DNA of 64,000 nucleotides from Nemertoderma westbladi (lineage: Eukaryota > Animalia > Xenacoelomorpha): NCBI GenBank assembly GCA_032718475.1, contig JAUCBJ010009036.1:11756-75755 (forward strand). The letters run 5' to 3'. Shown here one piece after another: positions 1-13,928 of the stretch. The notes beneath the pieces were generated by a model, which ran no database searches, was not told the origin of the DNA, and saw nothing but the letters and a program-made list of their open reading frames with translations. Every line of letters begins with the position of its first letter. Position 1 is the stretch's first letter. The position numbers were made by a program, and so were the translations under genes.

Positions 1-3000
1 TAGTACGTACAGTTACGTATAGCACTAGTAGGTACAGTTCCGTATAGCACTAGTAGGTACAGTTCCGTATAGCACTACTAGGTACAGTTCCGTATAGCAC
101 TAGTAGGTACAGTTCCGTATAGCACTAGTAGGTACAGTTCCGTATAGCACTAGTAGGTACAGTTCCGTATAGCACTACTAGGTACAGTTCCGTATAGCAC
201 TAGTAGGTACAGTTCCGTATAGCACTAGTAGGTACAGTTCCGTATAGCACTAGTAGGTGCAGTTCCGTATAGCACTAGTAGGTACAGTTCCGTATAGCAC
301 TAGTAGGTACAGTTCCGTATAGCACTAGTAGGTACAGTTCCGTATAGCACTAGTATGTACAGTTCCGTATAGCACTACTAGGTACAGTTCCGTATAGCAC
401 TACTAGGTACAGTTCCGTATAGCACTAGTAGGTACAGTTCCGTATAGCACTTGTAGGTACAGTTCCGTATAGCACTAGTAGGTACAGTTCCGTATAGCAC
501 TACTAGGTACAGTTCCGTTAGGCACTTGTAGGTTCAGTTCCGTATAGCACTACTAGGTACAGTTCCGTATAGCACTAGTAGGTACAGTTCCGTATAGCAC
601 TACTAGGTATAGTTCCGTATAGCACTAGAAGGTACAGTTCCGTATAGCACTTGTAGGTTCAGTTCCGTATAGCACTACTAGGTACAGTTCCGTATAGCAC
701 TAGTAGGTACAGTTCCGTATAGCACTACTAGGTGCAGTTCCGTATAGCACTTGTAGGTACAGTTCTGTATAGCACTAGTTGGTACAGTTCCGTATAGCAC
801 TACTAGGTGCAGTTCCGTATAGCACTAGTAGGTACAGTTCCGTATAGCACTACTAGGTGCAGTTCCGTATAGCACTAGTAGGTACAGTTCCGTATAGCAC
901 TAGTAGGTACAGTTCCGTATAGCACTACTAGGTACAGTTCCGTATAGCACTAGTAGGTACAGTTCCGTATAGCACTAGTTCGTACAGTTCCGTATAGCAC
1001 TAGTAGGTACAGTTCCGTATAGCACTAGTAGGTACAGTTCCGTATAGCACTAGTAGGTACAGTTCCGTATAGCACTACTAGGTACAGTTCCGTATAGCAC
1101 TAGTAGGTACAGTTCCGTATAGCACTAGTAGGTACAGTTCCGTATAGCACTAGTAGGTACAGTTCCGTATAGCACTAGTAGGTACAGTTCCGTATAGCAC
1201 TAGTAGGTACAGTTCCGTATAGCACTAGTAGGTACAGTTCCGTATAGCACTAGTAGGTACAGTTCCGTATAGCACTAGTAGGTACAGTTCCGTATAGCAC
1301 TAGTAGGTACAGTTCCGTATAGCACTAGTAGGTACAGTTCCGTATAGCACTACTAGGTACAGTTCCGTATAGCACTACTAGGTACAGTTCCGTATAGCAC
1401 TAGTAGGTACAGTTCCGTATAGCACTAGTAGGTACAGTTCCGTATAGCACTAGTAGGTACAGTTCCGTATAGCACTAGTAGGTACTGTTCCGTATAGCAC
1501 TACTAGGTACAGTTCCGTATAGCACTAGTAGGTACAGTTCCGTATAGCACTACTAGGTACAGTTCCGTATAGCACTAGTAGGTACAGTTCCGAATAGCAC
1601 TAGTAGGTACAGTTCCGTATAGCACTAGTAGGTACAGTTCCGTATAGCACTTGTAGGTACAGTTCCGTATAGCACTAGTAGGTACAGTTCCGTATAGCAC
1701 TAGTAGGTACAGTTCCGTATAGCACTAGTAGGTACAGTTCCGTATAGCACTAGTAGGTACAGTTCCGTATAGCACTACTAGGTACAGTTCCGTATAGCAC
1801 TTGTAGGTACAGTTCAGTATAGCACTAGTAGGTACAGTTCCGTATAGCACTAGTAGGTACAGTTCCGAATAGCACTACTAGGTACAGTTCCGTATAGCAC
1901 TACTAGGTGCAGTTCCGTATAGCACTAGTAGGTACAGTTCCGTATAGCACTACTAGGTATAGTTCCGTATAGCACTAGAAGGTACAGTTCCGTATAGCAC
2001 TTGTAGGTTCAGTTCCGTATAGCACTACTAGGTACAGTTCCGTATAGCACTAGTAGGTACAGTTCCGTATAGCACTACTAGGTGCAGTTCCGTATAGCAC
2101 TTGTAGGTACAGTTCTGTATAGCACTAGTTGGTACAGTTCCGTATAGCACTACTAGGTGCAGTTCCGTATAGCACTAGTAGGTACAGTTCCGTATAGCAC
2201 TACTAGGTGCAGTTCCGTATAGCACTAGTAGGTACAGTTCCGTATAGCACTAGTAGGTACAGTTCCGTATAGCACTACTAGGTACAGTTCCGTATAGCAC
2301 TAGTAGGTACAGTTCCGTATAGCACTAGTTCGTACAGTTCCGTATAGCACTAGTAGGTACAGTTCCGTATAGCACTAGTAGGTACAGTTCCGTATAGCAC
2401 TAGTAGGTACAGTTCCGTATAGCACTACTAGGTACAGTTCCGTATAGCACTAGTAGGTACAGTTCCGTATAGCACTAGTAGGTACAGTTCCGTATAGCAC
2501 TAGTACGTACAGTTACGTATAGCACTAGTAGGTACAGTTCCGTATAGCACTAGTAGGTACAGTTCCGTATAGCACTACTAGGTACAGTTCCGTATAGCAC
2601 TAGTAGGTACAGTTCCGTATAGCACTAGTAGGTACAGTTCCGTATAGCACTAGTAGGTACAGTTCCGTATAGCACTACTAGGTACAGTTCCGTATAGCAC
2701 TAGTAGGTACAGTTCCGTATAGCACTAGTAGGTACAGTTCCGTATAGCACTAGTAGGTGCAGTTCCGTATAGCACTAGTAGGTACAGTTCCGTATAGCAC
2801 TAGTAGGTACAGTTCCGTATAGCACTAGTAGGTACAGTTCCGTATAGCACTAGTATGTACAGTTCCGTATAGCACTACTAGGTACAGTTCCGTATAGCAC
2901 TACTAGGTACAGTTCCGTATAGCACTAGTAGGTACAGTTCCGTATAGCACTTGTAGGTACAGTTCCGTATAGCACTAGTAGGTACAGTTCCGTATAGCAC

Positions 3001-6000
3001 TACTAGGTACAGTTCCGTTAGGCACTTGTAGGTTCAGTTCCGTATAGCACTACTAGGTACAGTTCCGTATAGCACTAGTAGGTACAGTTCCGTATAGCAC
3101 TACTAGGTATAGTTCCGTATAGCACTAGAAGGTACAGTTCCGTATAGCACTTGTAGGTTCAGTTCCGTATAGCACTACTAGGTACAGTTCCGTATAGCAC
3201 TAGTAGGTACAGTTCCGTATAGCACTAATAGGTGCAGTTCCGTATAGCACTTGTAGGTACAGTTCTGTATAGCACTAGTTGGTACAGTTCCGTATAGCAC
3301 TACTAGGTGCAGTTCCGTATAGCACTAGTAGGTACAGTTCCGTATAGCACTACTAGGTGCAGTTCCGTATAGCACTAGTAGGTACAGTTCCGTATAGCAC
3401 TAGTAGGTACAGTTCCGTATAGCACTACTAGGTACAGTTCCGTATAGCACTAGTAGGTACAGTTCCGTATAGCACTAGTTCGTACAGTTCCGTATAGCAC
3501 TAGTAGGTACAGTTCCGTATAGCACTAGTAGGTACAGTTCCGTATAGCACTAGTAGGTACAGTTCCGTATAGCACTACTAGGTACAGTTCCGTATAGCAC
3601 TAGTAGGTACAGTTCCGTATAGCACTAGTAGGTACAGTTCCGTATAGCACTACTAGGTACAGTTCCGTATAGCACTTGTAGGTACAGTTCCGTATAGCAC
3701 TAGTAGGTACAGTTCCGTATAGCACTAGTAGGTACAGTTCCGTATAGCACTAGTAGGTACAGTTCCGTATAGCACTAGTAGGTACAGTTCCGTATAGCAC
3801 TAGTAGGTACAGTTCCGTATAGCACTAGTAGGTACAGTTCCGTATAGCACTACTAGGTACAGTTCCGTATAGCACTACTAGGTACAGTTCCGTATAGCAC
3901 TAGTAGGTACAGTTCCGTATAGCACTAGTAGGTACAGTTCCGTATAGCACTAGTAGGTACAGTTCCGTATAGCACTAGTAGGTACTGTTCCGTATAGCAC
4001 TACTAGGTACAGTTCCGTATAGCACTAGTAGGTACAGTTCCGTATAGCACTACTAGGTACAGTTCCGTATAGCACTAGTAGGTACAGTTCCGAATAGCAC
4101 TAGTAGGTACAGTTCCGTATAGCACTAGTAGGTACAGTTCCGTATAGCACTTGTAGGTACAGTTCCGTATAGCACTAGTAGGTACAGTTCCGTATAACAC
4201 TAGTAGGTACAGTTCCGTATAGCACTAGTAGGTACAGTTCCGTATAGCACTAGTAGGTACAGTTCCGTATAGCACTACTAGGTACAGTTCCGTATAGCAC
4301 TTGTAGGTACAGTTCAGTATAGCACTAGTAGGTACAGTTCCGTATAGCACTAGTAGGTACAGTTCCGAATAGCACTACTAGGTACAGTTCCGAATAGCAC
4401 TACTAGGTACAGTTCCGTATAGCACTTGTAGGTTCAGTTCCGAATAGCACTAGTACGTACAGTTCCGTATAGCACTAGTAGGTACAGTTCCGTATAGCAC
4501 TAGTAGGTACAGTTCCGTATAGCACTAGTATGTACAGTTCCGTATAGCACTACTAGGTACAGTTCCGTATAGCACTACTAGGTACAGTTCCGTATAGCAC
4601 TAGTAGGTACAGTTCCGTATAGCACTAGTAGGTACAGTTCCGTATAGCACTACTAGGTGCAGTTCCGTATAGCACTAGTAGGTACAGTTCCGTATAGCAC
4701 TAGTAGGTACAGTTCCGTATAGCACTAGTAGGTACAGTTCCGTATAGCACTTGTAGGTACAGTTCCGTATAGCACTAGTAGGTACAGTTCCGTATAGCAC
4801 TAGTAGGTAATGATCCGTATAGCACTAGTAGGTACACTTCCGTATAGCACTAGTAGGTACAGTTCCGTATAGCACTAGTAGGTACAGTTCCGTATAGCAC
4901 TAGTAGGTACAGTTCCGTATAGCACTAGTAGGTACAGTTCCGTATAGCACTAGTAGGTACGGTTCCGTATAGCACTAGTAGGTACAGTTCCGTATAGCAC
5001 TAGTAGGTACAGTTCCGTATAGCACTTGTAGGTACAGTTCCGTATAGCACTAGTAGGTACAGTTCCGTATAGCACTAGTAGGTAATGATCCGTATAGCAC
5101 TAGTAGGTACAGTTCCGTATAGCACTACTAGGTACAGTTCCGCATAGCACTAGTAGGTACAGTTCCGTATAGCACTAGTAGGTACAGTTCCGTATAGCAC
5201 TTGTAGGTACAGTTCCGTATAGCACTAGTAGGTACAGTTCCGTATAGCACTAGTAGGTACAGTTCCGTATAGCACTACTAGGTACAGTTCCGTATAGCAC
5301 TAGTAGGTACAGTTCCGTATAGCACTAGTAGGTACACTTCCGTATAGCACTAGTAGGTACAGTTCCGTATAGCACTAGTAGGTACAGTTCCGTATAGCAC
5401 TACTAGGTACAGTTCCGTATAGCACTAGTAGGTACAGTTCCGTATATCACTAGTAGGTACAGTTCCGTATAGCACTAGTAGGTACAGTTCCGTATAGCAC
5501 TAGTAGGTACAGTTCCGTATAGCACTAGTAGGTACAGTTCCGTATAGCACTAGTAGGTACAGTTCCGTATAGCACTAGTAGGTACAGTTCCGTATAGCAC
5601 TAGTAGGTACAGTTCCGTATAGCACTAGTAGGTACAGTTCCGTATAGCACTACTAGGTACAGTTCCGTATAGCACTACTAGGTACAGTTCCGTATAGCAC
5701 TAGTAGGTACAGTTCCGTATAGCACTAGTAGGTACAGTTCCGTATAGCACTAGTAGGTACAGTTCCGTATAGCACTAGTAGGTACTGTTCCGTATAGCAC
5801 TACTAGGTACAGTTCCGTATAGCACTAGTAGGTACAGTTCCGTATAGCACTACTAGGTACAGTTCCGTATAGCACTAGTAGGTACAGTTCCGAATAGCAC
5901 TAGTAGGTACAGTTCCGTATAGCACTAGTAGGTACAGTTCCGTATAGCACTTGTAGGTACAGTTCCGTATAGCACTAGTAGGTACAGTTCCGTATAGCAC

Positions 6001-9000
6001 TAGTAGGTACAGTTCCGTATAGCACTAGTAGGTACAGTTCCGTATAGCACTAGTAGGTACAGTTCCGTATAGCACTACTAGGTACAGTTCCGTATAGCAC
6101 TTGTAGGTACAGTTCAGTATAGCACTAGTAGGTACAGTTCCGTATAGCACTAGTAGGTACAGTTCCGAATAGCACTACTAGGTACAGTTCCGAATAGCAC
6201 TACTAGGTACAGTTCCGTATAGCACTTGTAGGTTCAGTTCCGAATAGCACTAGTACGTACAGTTCCGTATAGCACTAGTAGGTACAGTTCCGTATAGCAC
6301 TAGTAGGTACAGTTCCGTATAGCACTAGTATGTACAGTTCCGTATAGCACTACTAGGTACAGTTCCGTATAGCACTACTAGGTACAGTTCCGTATAGCAC
6401 TAGTAGGTACAGTTCCGTATAGCACTTGTAGGTACAGTTCCGTATAGCACTAGTAGGTACAGTTCCGTATAGCACTACTAGGTACAGTTCCGTATAGCAC
6501 TAGAAGGTACAGTTCCGCATAGCACTTGTAGGTTCAGCTCCGTATAGCACTACTAGGTACAGTTCCGTATAGCACTAGTAGGTACAGTTCCGTATAGCAC
6601 TACTAGGTGCAGTTCCGTATAGCACTAGTAGGTACAGTTCCGTATAGCACTACTAGGTATAGTTCCGTATAGCACTAGAAGGTACAGTTCCGTATAGCAC
6701 TTGTAGGTTCAGTTCCGTATAGCACTACTAGGTACAGTTCCGTATAGCACTAGTAGGTACAGTTCCGTATAGCACTAGTAGGTACAGTTCCGTATAGCAC
6801 TAGTAGGTACAGTTCCGTATAGCACTAGTAGGTACAGTTCCGTATAGCACTAGTAGGTACAGTTCCGTATAGCACTAGTAGGTACAGTTCCGTATAGCAC
6901 TAGTAGGTACGGTTCCGTATAGCACTAGTAGGTACAGTTCCGTATAGCACTAGTAGGTACTGTTCCGTATAGCACTTGTAGGTACAGTTCCGTATAGCAC
7001 TAGTAGGTACAGTTCCGTATAGCACTAGTAGGTAATGATCCGTATAGCACTAGTAGGTACAGTTCCGTATAGCACTACTAGGTACAGTTCCGTATAGCAC
7101 TAGTAGGTACAGTTCCGTATAGCACTAGTAGGTACAGTTCCGTATAGCACTTGTAGGTACAGTTCCGTATAGCACTAGTAGGTACAGTTCCGTATAGCAC
7201 TAGTAGGTACAGTTCCGTATAGCACTACTAGGTACAGTTCCGTATAGCACTAGTAGGTACAGTTCCGTATAGCACTAGTAGGTACACTTCCGTATAGCAC
7301 TAGTAGGTACAGTTCCGTATAGCACTAGTAGGTACAGTTCCGTATAGCACTACTAGGTACAGTTCCGTATAGCACTAGTAGGTACAGTTCCGTATAGCAC
7401 TAGTAGGTACAGTTCCGTATAGCACTAGTAGGTACAGTTCCGTATAGCACTAGTAGGTACAGTTCCGTATAGCACTAGTAGGTACAGTTCCGTATAGCAC
7501 TAGTAGGTACAGTTCCGTATAGCACTAGTAGGTACAGTTCCGTATAGCACTAGTAGGTACAGTTCCGTATAGCACTAGTAGGTACAGTTCCGTATAGCAC
7601 TACTAGGTACAGTTCCGTATAGCACTACTAGGTACAGTTCCGTATAGCACTAGTAGGTACAGTTCCGTATAGCACTAGTAGGTACAGTTCCGTATAGCAC
7701 TAGTAGGTACAGTTCCGTATAGCACTAGTAGGTACTGTTCCGTATAGCACTACTAGGTACAGTTCCGTATAGCACTAGTAGGTACAGTTCCGTATAGCAC
7801 TACTAGGTACAGTTCCGTATAGCACTAGTAGGTACAGTTCCGAATAGCACTAGTAGGTACAGTTCCGTATAGCACTAGTAGGTACAGTTCCGTATAGCAC
7901 TTGTAGGTACAGTTCCGTATAGCACTAGTAGGTACAGTTCCGTATAGCACTAGTAGGTACAGTTCCGTATAGCACTAGTAGGTACAGTTCCGTATAGCAC
8001 TAGTAGGTACAGTTCCGTATAGCACTACTAGGTACAGTTCCGTATAGCACTTGTAGGTACAGTTCAGTATAGCACTAGTAGGTACAGTTCAGTATAGCAC
8101 TAGTAGGTACAGTTCCGAATAGCACTACTAGGTACAGTTCCGAATAGCACTACTAGGTACAGTTCCGTATAGCACTTGTAGGTTCAGTTCCGTATAGCAC
8201 TAGTACGTACAGTTCCGTATAGCACTAGTAGGTACAGTTCCGTATAGCACTAGTAGGTACAGTTCCGTATAGCACTAGTATGTACAGTTCCGTATAGCAC
8301 TACTAGGTACAGTTCCGTATAGCACTACTAGGTACAGTTCCGTATAGCACTAGTAGGTACAGTTCCGTATAGCACTTGTAGGTACAGTTCCGTATAGCAC
8401 TAGTAGGTACAGTTCCGTATAGCACTACTAGGTACAGTTCCGTATAGCACTTGTAGGTTCAGTTCCGTATAGCACTACTAGGTACAGTTCCGTATAGCAC
8501 TAGTAGGTACAGTTCCGTATAGCACTACTAGGTGCAGTTCCGTATAGCACTAGTAGGTACAGTTCCGTATAGCACTACTAGGTATAGTTCCGTATAGCAC
8601 TAGAAGGTACAGTTCCGTATAGCACTTGTAGGTTCAGTTCCGTATAGCACTACTAGGTACAGTTCCGTATAGCACTAGTAGGTACAGTTCCGTATAGCAC
8701 TACTAGGTGCAGTTCCGTATAGCACTTGTAGGTACAGTTCTGTATAGCACTAGTTGGTACAGTTCCGTATAGCACTACTAGGTGCAGTTCCGTATAGCAC
8801 TAGTAGGTACAGTTCCGTATAGCACTACTAGGTGCAGTTCCGTATAGCACTAGTAGGTACAGTTCCGTATAGCACTAGTAGGTACAGTTCCGTATAGCAC
8901 TACTAGGTACAGTTCCGTATAGCACTAGTAGGTACAGTTCCGTATAGCACTAGTTCGTACAGTTCCGTATAGCACTAGTAGGTACAGTTCCGTATAGCAC

Positions 9001-10612
9001 TAGTAGGTACAGTTCCGTATAGCACTAGTAGGTACAGTTCCGTATAGCACTACTAGGTACAGTTCCGTATAGCACTAGTAGGTACAGTTCCGTATAGCAC
9101 TAGTAGGTACAGTTCCGTATAGCACTAGTACGTACAGTTACGTATAGCACTAGTAGGTACAGTTCCGTATAGCACTAGTAGGTACAGTTCCGTATAGCAC
9201 TACTAGGTACAGTTCCGTATAGCACTAGTAGGTACAGTTCCGTATAGCACTAGTAGGTACAGTTCCGTATAGCACTAGTAGGTACAGTTCCGTATAGCAC
9301 TACTAGGTACAGTTCCGTATAGCACTAGTAGGTACAGTTCCGTATAGCACTAGTAGGTACAGTTCCGTATAGCACTAGTAGGTGCAGTTCCGTATAGCAC
9401 TAGTAGGTACAGTTCCGTATAGCACTAGTAGGTACAGTTCCGTATAGCACTAGTAGGTACAGTTCCGTATAGCACTAGTATGTACAGTTCCGTATAGCAC
9501 TACTAGGTACAGTTCCGTATAGCACTACTAGGTACAGTTCCGTATAGCACTAGTAGGTACAGTTCCGTATAGCACTTGTAGGTACAGTTCCGTATAGCAC
9601 TAGTAGGTACAGTTCCGTATAGCACTACTAGGTACAGTTCCGTTAGGCACTTGTAGGTTCAGTTCCGTATAGCACTACTAGGTACAGTTCCGTATAGCAC
9701 TAGTAGGTACAGTTCCGTATAGCACTACTAGGTATAGTTCCGTATAGCACTAGAAGGTACAGTTCCGTATAGCACTTGTAGGTTCAGTTCCGTATAGCAC
9801 TACTAGGTACAGTTCCGTATAGCACTAGTAGGTACAGTTCCGTATAGCACTACTAGGTGCAGTTCCGTATAGCACTTGTAGGTACAGTTCTGTATAGCAC
9901 TAGTTGGTACAGTTCCGTATAGCACTACTAGGTGCAGTTCCGTATAGCACTAGTAGGTACAGTTCCGTATAGCACTACTAGGTGCAGTTCCGTATAGCAC
10001 TAGTAGGTACAGTTCCGTATAGCACTAGTAGGTACAGTTCCGTATAGCACTACTAGGTACAGTTCCGTATAGCACTAGTAGGTACAGTTCCGTATAGCAC
10101 TAGTTCGTACAGTTCCGTATAGCACTAGTAGGTACAGTTCCGTATAGCACTAGTAGGTACAGTTCCGTATAGCACTAGTAGGTACAGTTCCGTATAGCAC
10201 TACTAGGTACAGTTCCGTATAGCACTAGTAGGTACAGTTCCGTATAGCACTAGTAGGTACAGTTCCGTATAGCACTAGTACGTACAGTTACGTATAGCAC
10301 TAGTAGGTACAGTTCCGTATAGCACTAGTAGGTACAGTTCCGTATAGCACTACTAGGTACAGTTCCGTATAGCACTAGTAGGTACAGTTCCGTATAGCAC
10401 TAGTAGGTACAGTTCCGTATAGCACTAGTAGGTACAGTTCCGTATAGCACTACTAGGTACAGTTCCGTATAGCACTAGTAGGTACAGTTCCGTATAGCAC
10501 TAGTAGGTACAGTTCCGTATAGCACTAGTAGGTGCAGTTCCGTATAGCACTAGTAGGTACAGTTCCGTATAGCACTAGTAGGTACAGTTCCGTATAGCAC
10601 TAGAAGGTACAG
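1..10612. repeat. 25-bp satellite array (TAGTAGGTACAGTTCCGTATAGCAC)n, open at window start
   Basis: Exact 25-bp periodicity with substitution variants; diagnostic variants recur at multi-kb spacing. Confidence 0.99.
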
Positions 10613-11194
10613 TACTAGTTAATTTAACAATAGCTAGTAAATTAAAAAAAATTTATTTTTAAATTAATTTCAGAATTTCTTATTTTTTTAATTTTATTAA
10701 CAAAAAAACATTTAAATTTTTTTTTAAATAGCTAGTATTTTGAAAAATAGTAGCCACCAAAAATATTATGTTGGATGAATGTAGACTATGTTCTACAACA
10801 TTATATATGAAAATAATGTGTACTTTAGCTAATTAGTGGAAAACAATTGGATGGGGGTGTCGACATGGCGAACTATAGTCGAGTCAATCTAGCAAAAAAC
10901 CCATAAGTATTTCGCAATCAATCCGAACCAAATATTTTGGATTCTATATTAACTTGTTAATGATCAAAAAAGTCTATAAAATGTTATTTTGCGAATCATA
11001 TGTTTATTCATGGAAATTTTGCGTAAATTTGCATAAAACAAGCCAAACAAAAGGAACAGTAGGGAAGAGTGAGTAGCAAATTGGTGATGTTCCAGAATAA
11101 TTTAACGAATTTCACAATAAGCTGTATAATTTACATGGGAAATTAGTAATATTTACACTGGCGTGTTACACATTAATTACTAAATCTCGGTAAC

Positions 11195-11700
11195 AGTTCG
11201 ACAATTTTTCTTACTGCTGGCCTGGCCGGATTTTTTTATTTCAGGGCTTTTTCGATACAACAAGCCGTTAAAATCGTCTATTTCGCGATATTTAGCCACC
11301 GCCGCCGGCTTTATTTTTCGTCTTTGGAATGTAATCTAGATATCATTAGAACCGCCTTCTTATGTAGATTCAGAATTAGAAAACCGTTTAAATTTCACCA
11401 AGAACTTCCGGAGATATTATCAAAATACTAAGGTGTAAATTTATGTGACGTAAATTGCTATAATTCTAACGTTTTTTTACTCAAAATTCTAGAATATTAA
11501 TTATGCGTAAAGATTCGGAATCTGCAGACGAAGGCGCTTCGAATGATATCTAGATTCCATTTCAAAGACGTAAAATAAAGTCTACGGAGGTGGTTAAACA
11601 TTGCTAAATAGATATTTTTTTAAGGGCTTGTTGTATGGAAATAGCTGAGAAATTGAAAATTCCGGCCACCAGGCCACCACCAGTGAGAAAATGTGTCGAT
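11195..11700. repeat. Degenerate inverted repeat (MITE/foldback remnant)
   Basis: ~11195-11385 is an imperfect reverse complement of ~11505-11700, e.g. cgtctttggaatgtaatctagatatcatt vs aatgatatctagattccatttcaaagacg. Confidence 0.75.
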
Positions 11701-13354
11701 CTATCATCATACCAAATTTCGTAGCATTTTATCGAAATTTAAAAAAAAAAGGGGGGGGGGGGGGGGGGCTCCGACTTCTAAAAATGGTTGTTGTATTATA
11801 GTCAAGTAGACAGTGGCGACCACCGTTCAAATTGGGTATGACTGCAGTTTTTTGCTGAAAGTGTTAAGCCATTTGAAATTATGTTATATTTTACATAGTC
11901 CGCATTGAGCAATTTTTTCTAGAACACTATTTATCTTAACGACAGATGTTTTACATAGCAACAATAATGAATTAACACGCAGGGGTATATTTATATATTT
12001 AGACACTGGCCAATCATAAATAAGGAGAAACTAAGCTCGAGAAAATAAAAATTTAAGGAATAAGTATCATGTTTACAGTTAGGAGTTACAAATTGTGTAA
12101 CATTGCAGTGTTCTGGCAAACACCGTTACAGGCAGTAGTGAACTTTGAACTTATCAAGGGTGATGATGTGTATCAAAAATTTCACGATATATTAAGGCAA
12201 ATGTTGTAAAAATTATACAATTCCCCTGCAAGGAAATTTCATAATTTCCATTAATATTAGCGAAGATTATTCACATACCGTATTAAAATTGTGATTGATC
12301 TATTGATTTTAGGTGGAATTTATATATTGAAATTGTTATCTTTATTTACCCAACGGGTAGTATAAAATAATTAATAATAATAATAATAATACTAAAATGA
12401 TTAGAGTAAGAAATAATTAAGATAAATTAAGTGACGAGTCTTGTAAGGACTGCAAGTGGAAAGCGAGACGCAGATGGGATAGATCGTCCGGTAGAAGGCT
12501 GCATTGTAACGGGTGTAGAATATCTGTGGCGGGCGCGCCACAAAACCGACAGTGGCCGGAGTCAGAAGGCCTCCAACAAGAGCTAATCGAACACGTTTAT
12601 GGTGGAAACCATTGGACAAAATTTGTGCACAAACTAGTCGCCGCCTTTTTGATAAATAGGAGAGATTGATAGTGGAATGTTCTGGTTGGTCTATAGCATT
12701 AAGGATCAGAGTCGTTGAGGCAAACTTGTTAATCCCGCACCAAATTTTAAAATATAAGCCACGGGTCTTTCTTACATGGGGTAATGCGATTAACTGGTCT
12801 CTAGTGAGGTAAACGAAGGTTGAATTAATTTATTTGTTTTAGTTTAAAACCCACAATAGTTGATATTAGAACAAATAATTTTTTTGGTGATAAGAGTTTT
12901 TGAGTTCTATAAATCCGAAGGGCGTGGTTACATCCACCCGTTTAGTAAAGAAGGCGTATAAATAAGCTCCCGGTATTGTACCAGTAAATTTGGTATTAAA
13001 AATGGTTAAAAGATTAAACAAATTTCCGTTGGTAATTATCTAGAAGTGCATACTTCAGTCAATCGATAGTCATTAGAGTAAAGTTTGTCTGTGCCACATT
13101 TGGAGAAAATTGCACCAATAGACCCCTTGTTGCTATGTAAAATCCATGTTGCTAAGGAAAGAAACAGCAAATTGAAAGTGATCCGCATAATAATATTTTT
13201 TATAGACTTTTTGGGGGTATTAACAAGGTAATGTAGAATAAAAAAAATTGGTTTGGATGAATTGCGAATTTGTTATGGGCTACCCCCTTTTTTTGGCTAG
13301 ATTGACTCGCCTACAACTAGTACCACCATACGATATTTTAAATGATATTTACAG

Positions 13355-13566
13355 CTGTGGACCTAATTTTGTAATGTTGGAAGAAGATGGTATCTTATCA
13401 GAAGAAGGCGTAACATTCTGTTCGAGTTTATTGGAAATGGATCCCAGATTTCGACTCGGTACCAAGGGAGACTTTGAGGAAATAAAAGAACACATGTTCT
13501 TTACATCTTCATCAATTGACTTTGAGAGACTTTTGAAGAAAGGTATTGATCCTCCTTATATTCCCG
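13355..13566 (+). CDS. Isolated exon (or pseudo-exon) of an AGC-group Ser/Thr kinase, subdomain XI and C-tail
   Basis: LLEMDPRFRLG..DFEEIKEHMFF..IDFERLLKKGIDPPYIP fits the AGC pattern LL..DP..RLG..EIK.HPFF..IDW..L....PP..P; acceptor tttacag and donor ccg|gtaag. Could instead run to the stop at 13664. Confidence 0.65.
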
Positions 13567-13928
13567 GTAAGAAGAAACAAAGAACTTATGTCATGACTCA
13601 TTGTCTTAATTCACAATGTGTTCGACCTTCATCGGATGAATATGAAGTCGCAGAAATTGATTAAAGTAGTTAGTTTATTGAACGAATAATTTACAGATTT
13701 ATAGGATATGGTAAAGTACTAAATTGCATGAAATAACTATAAATATTCAGTCCATCACATAAAGTAGTTATTTAATTACTTAGTTCGATAAAAAAGCAAT
13801 CACATTAATTAATTTATTCAGTGAAATATAAAATACCGGTAAAAAAAAAAATGTAATTATAATAAGATAAGATAAAATATAAGAAATAAGGTAATTGTAA
13901 TAAGATACAGTTTCACTTCACAGCAACT

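Noticed and set aside
1-10612. Telomeric repeat
   Set aside because: The 25-bp unit lacks a G-rich telomere motif and shows satellite-type higher-order duplications.
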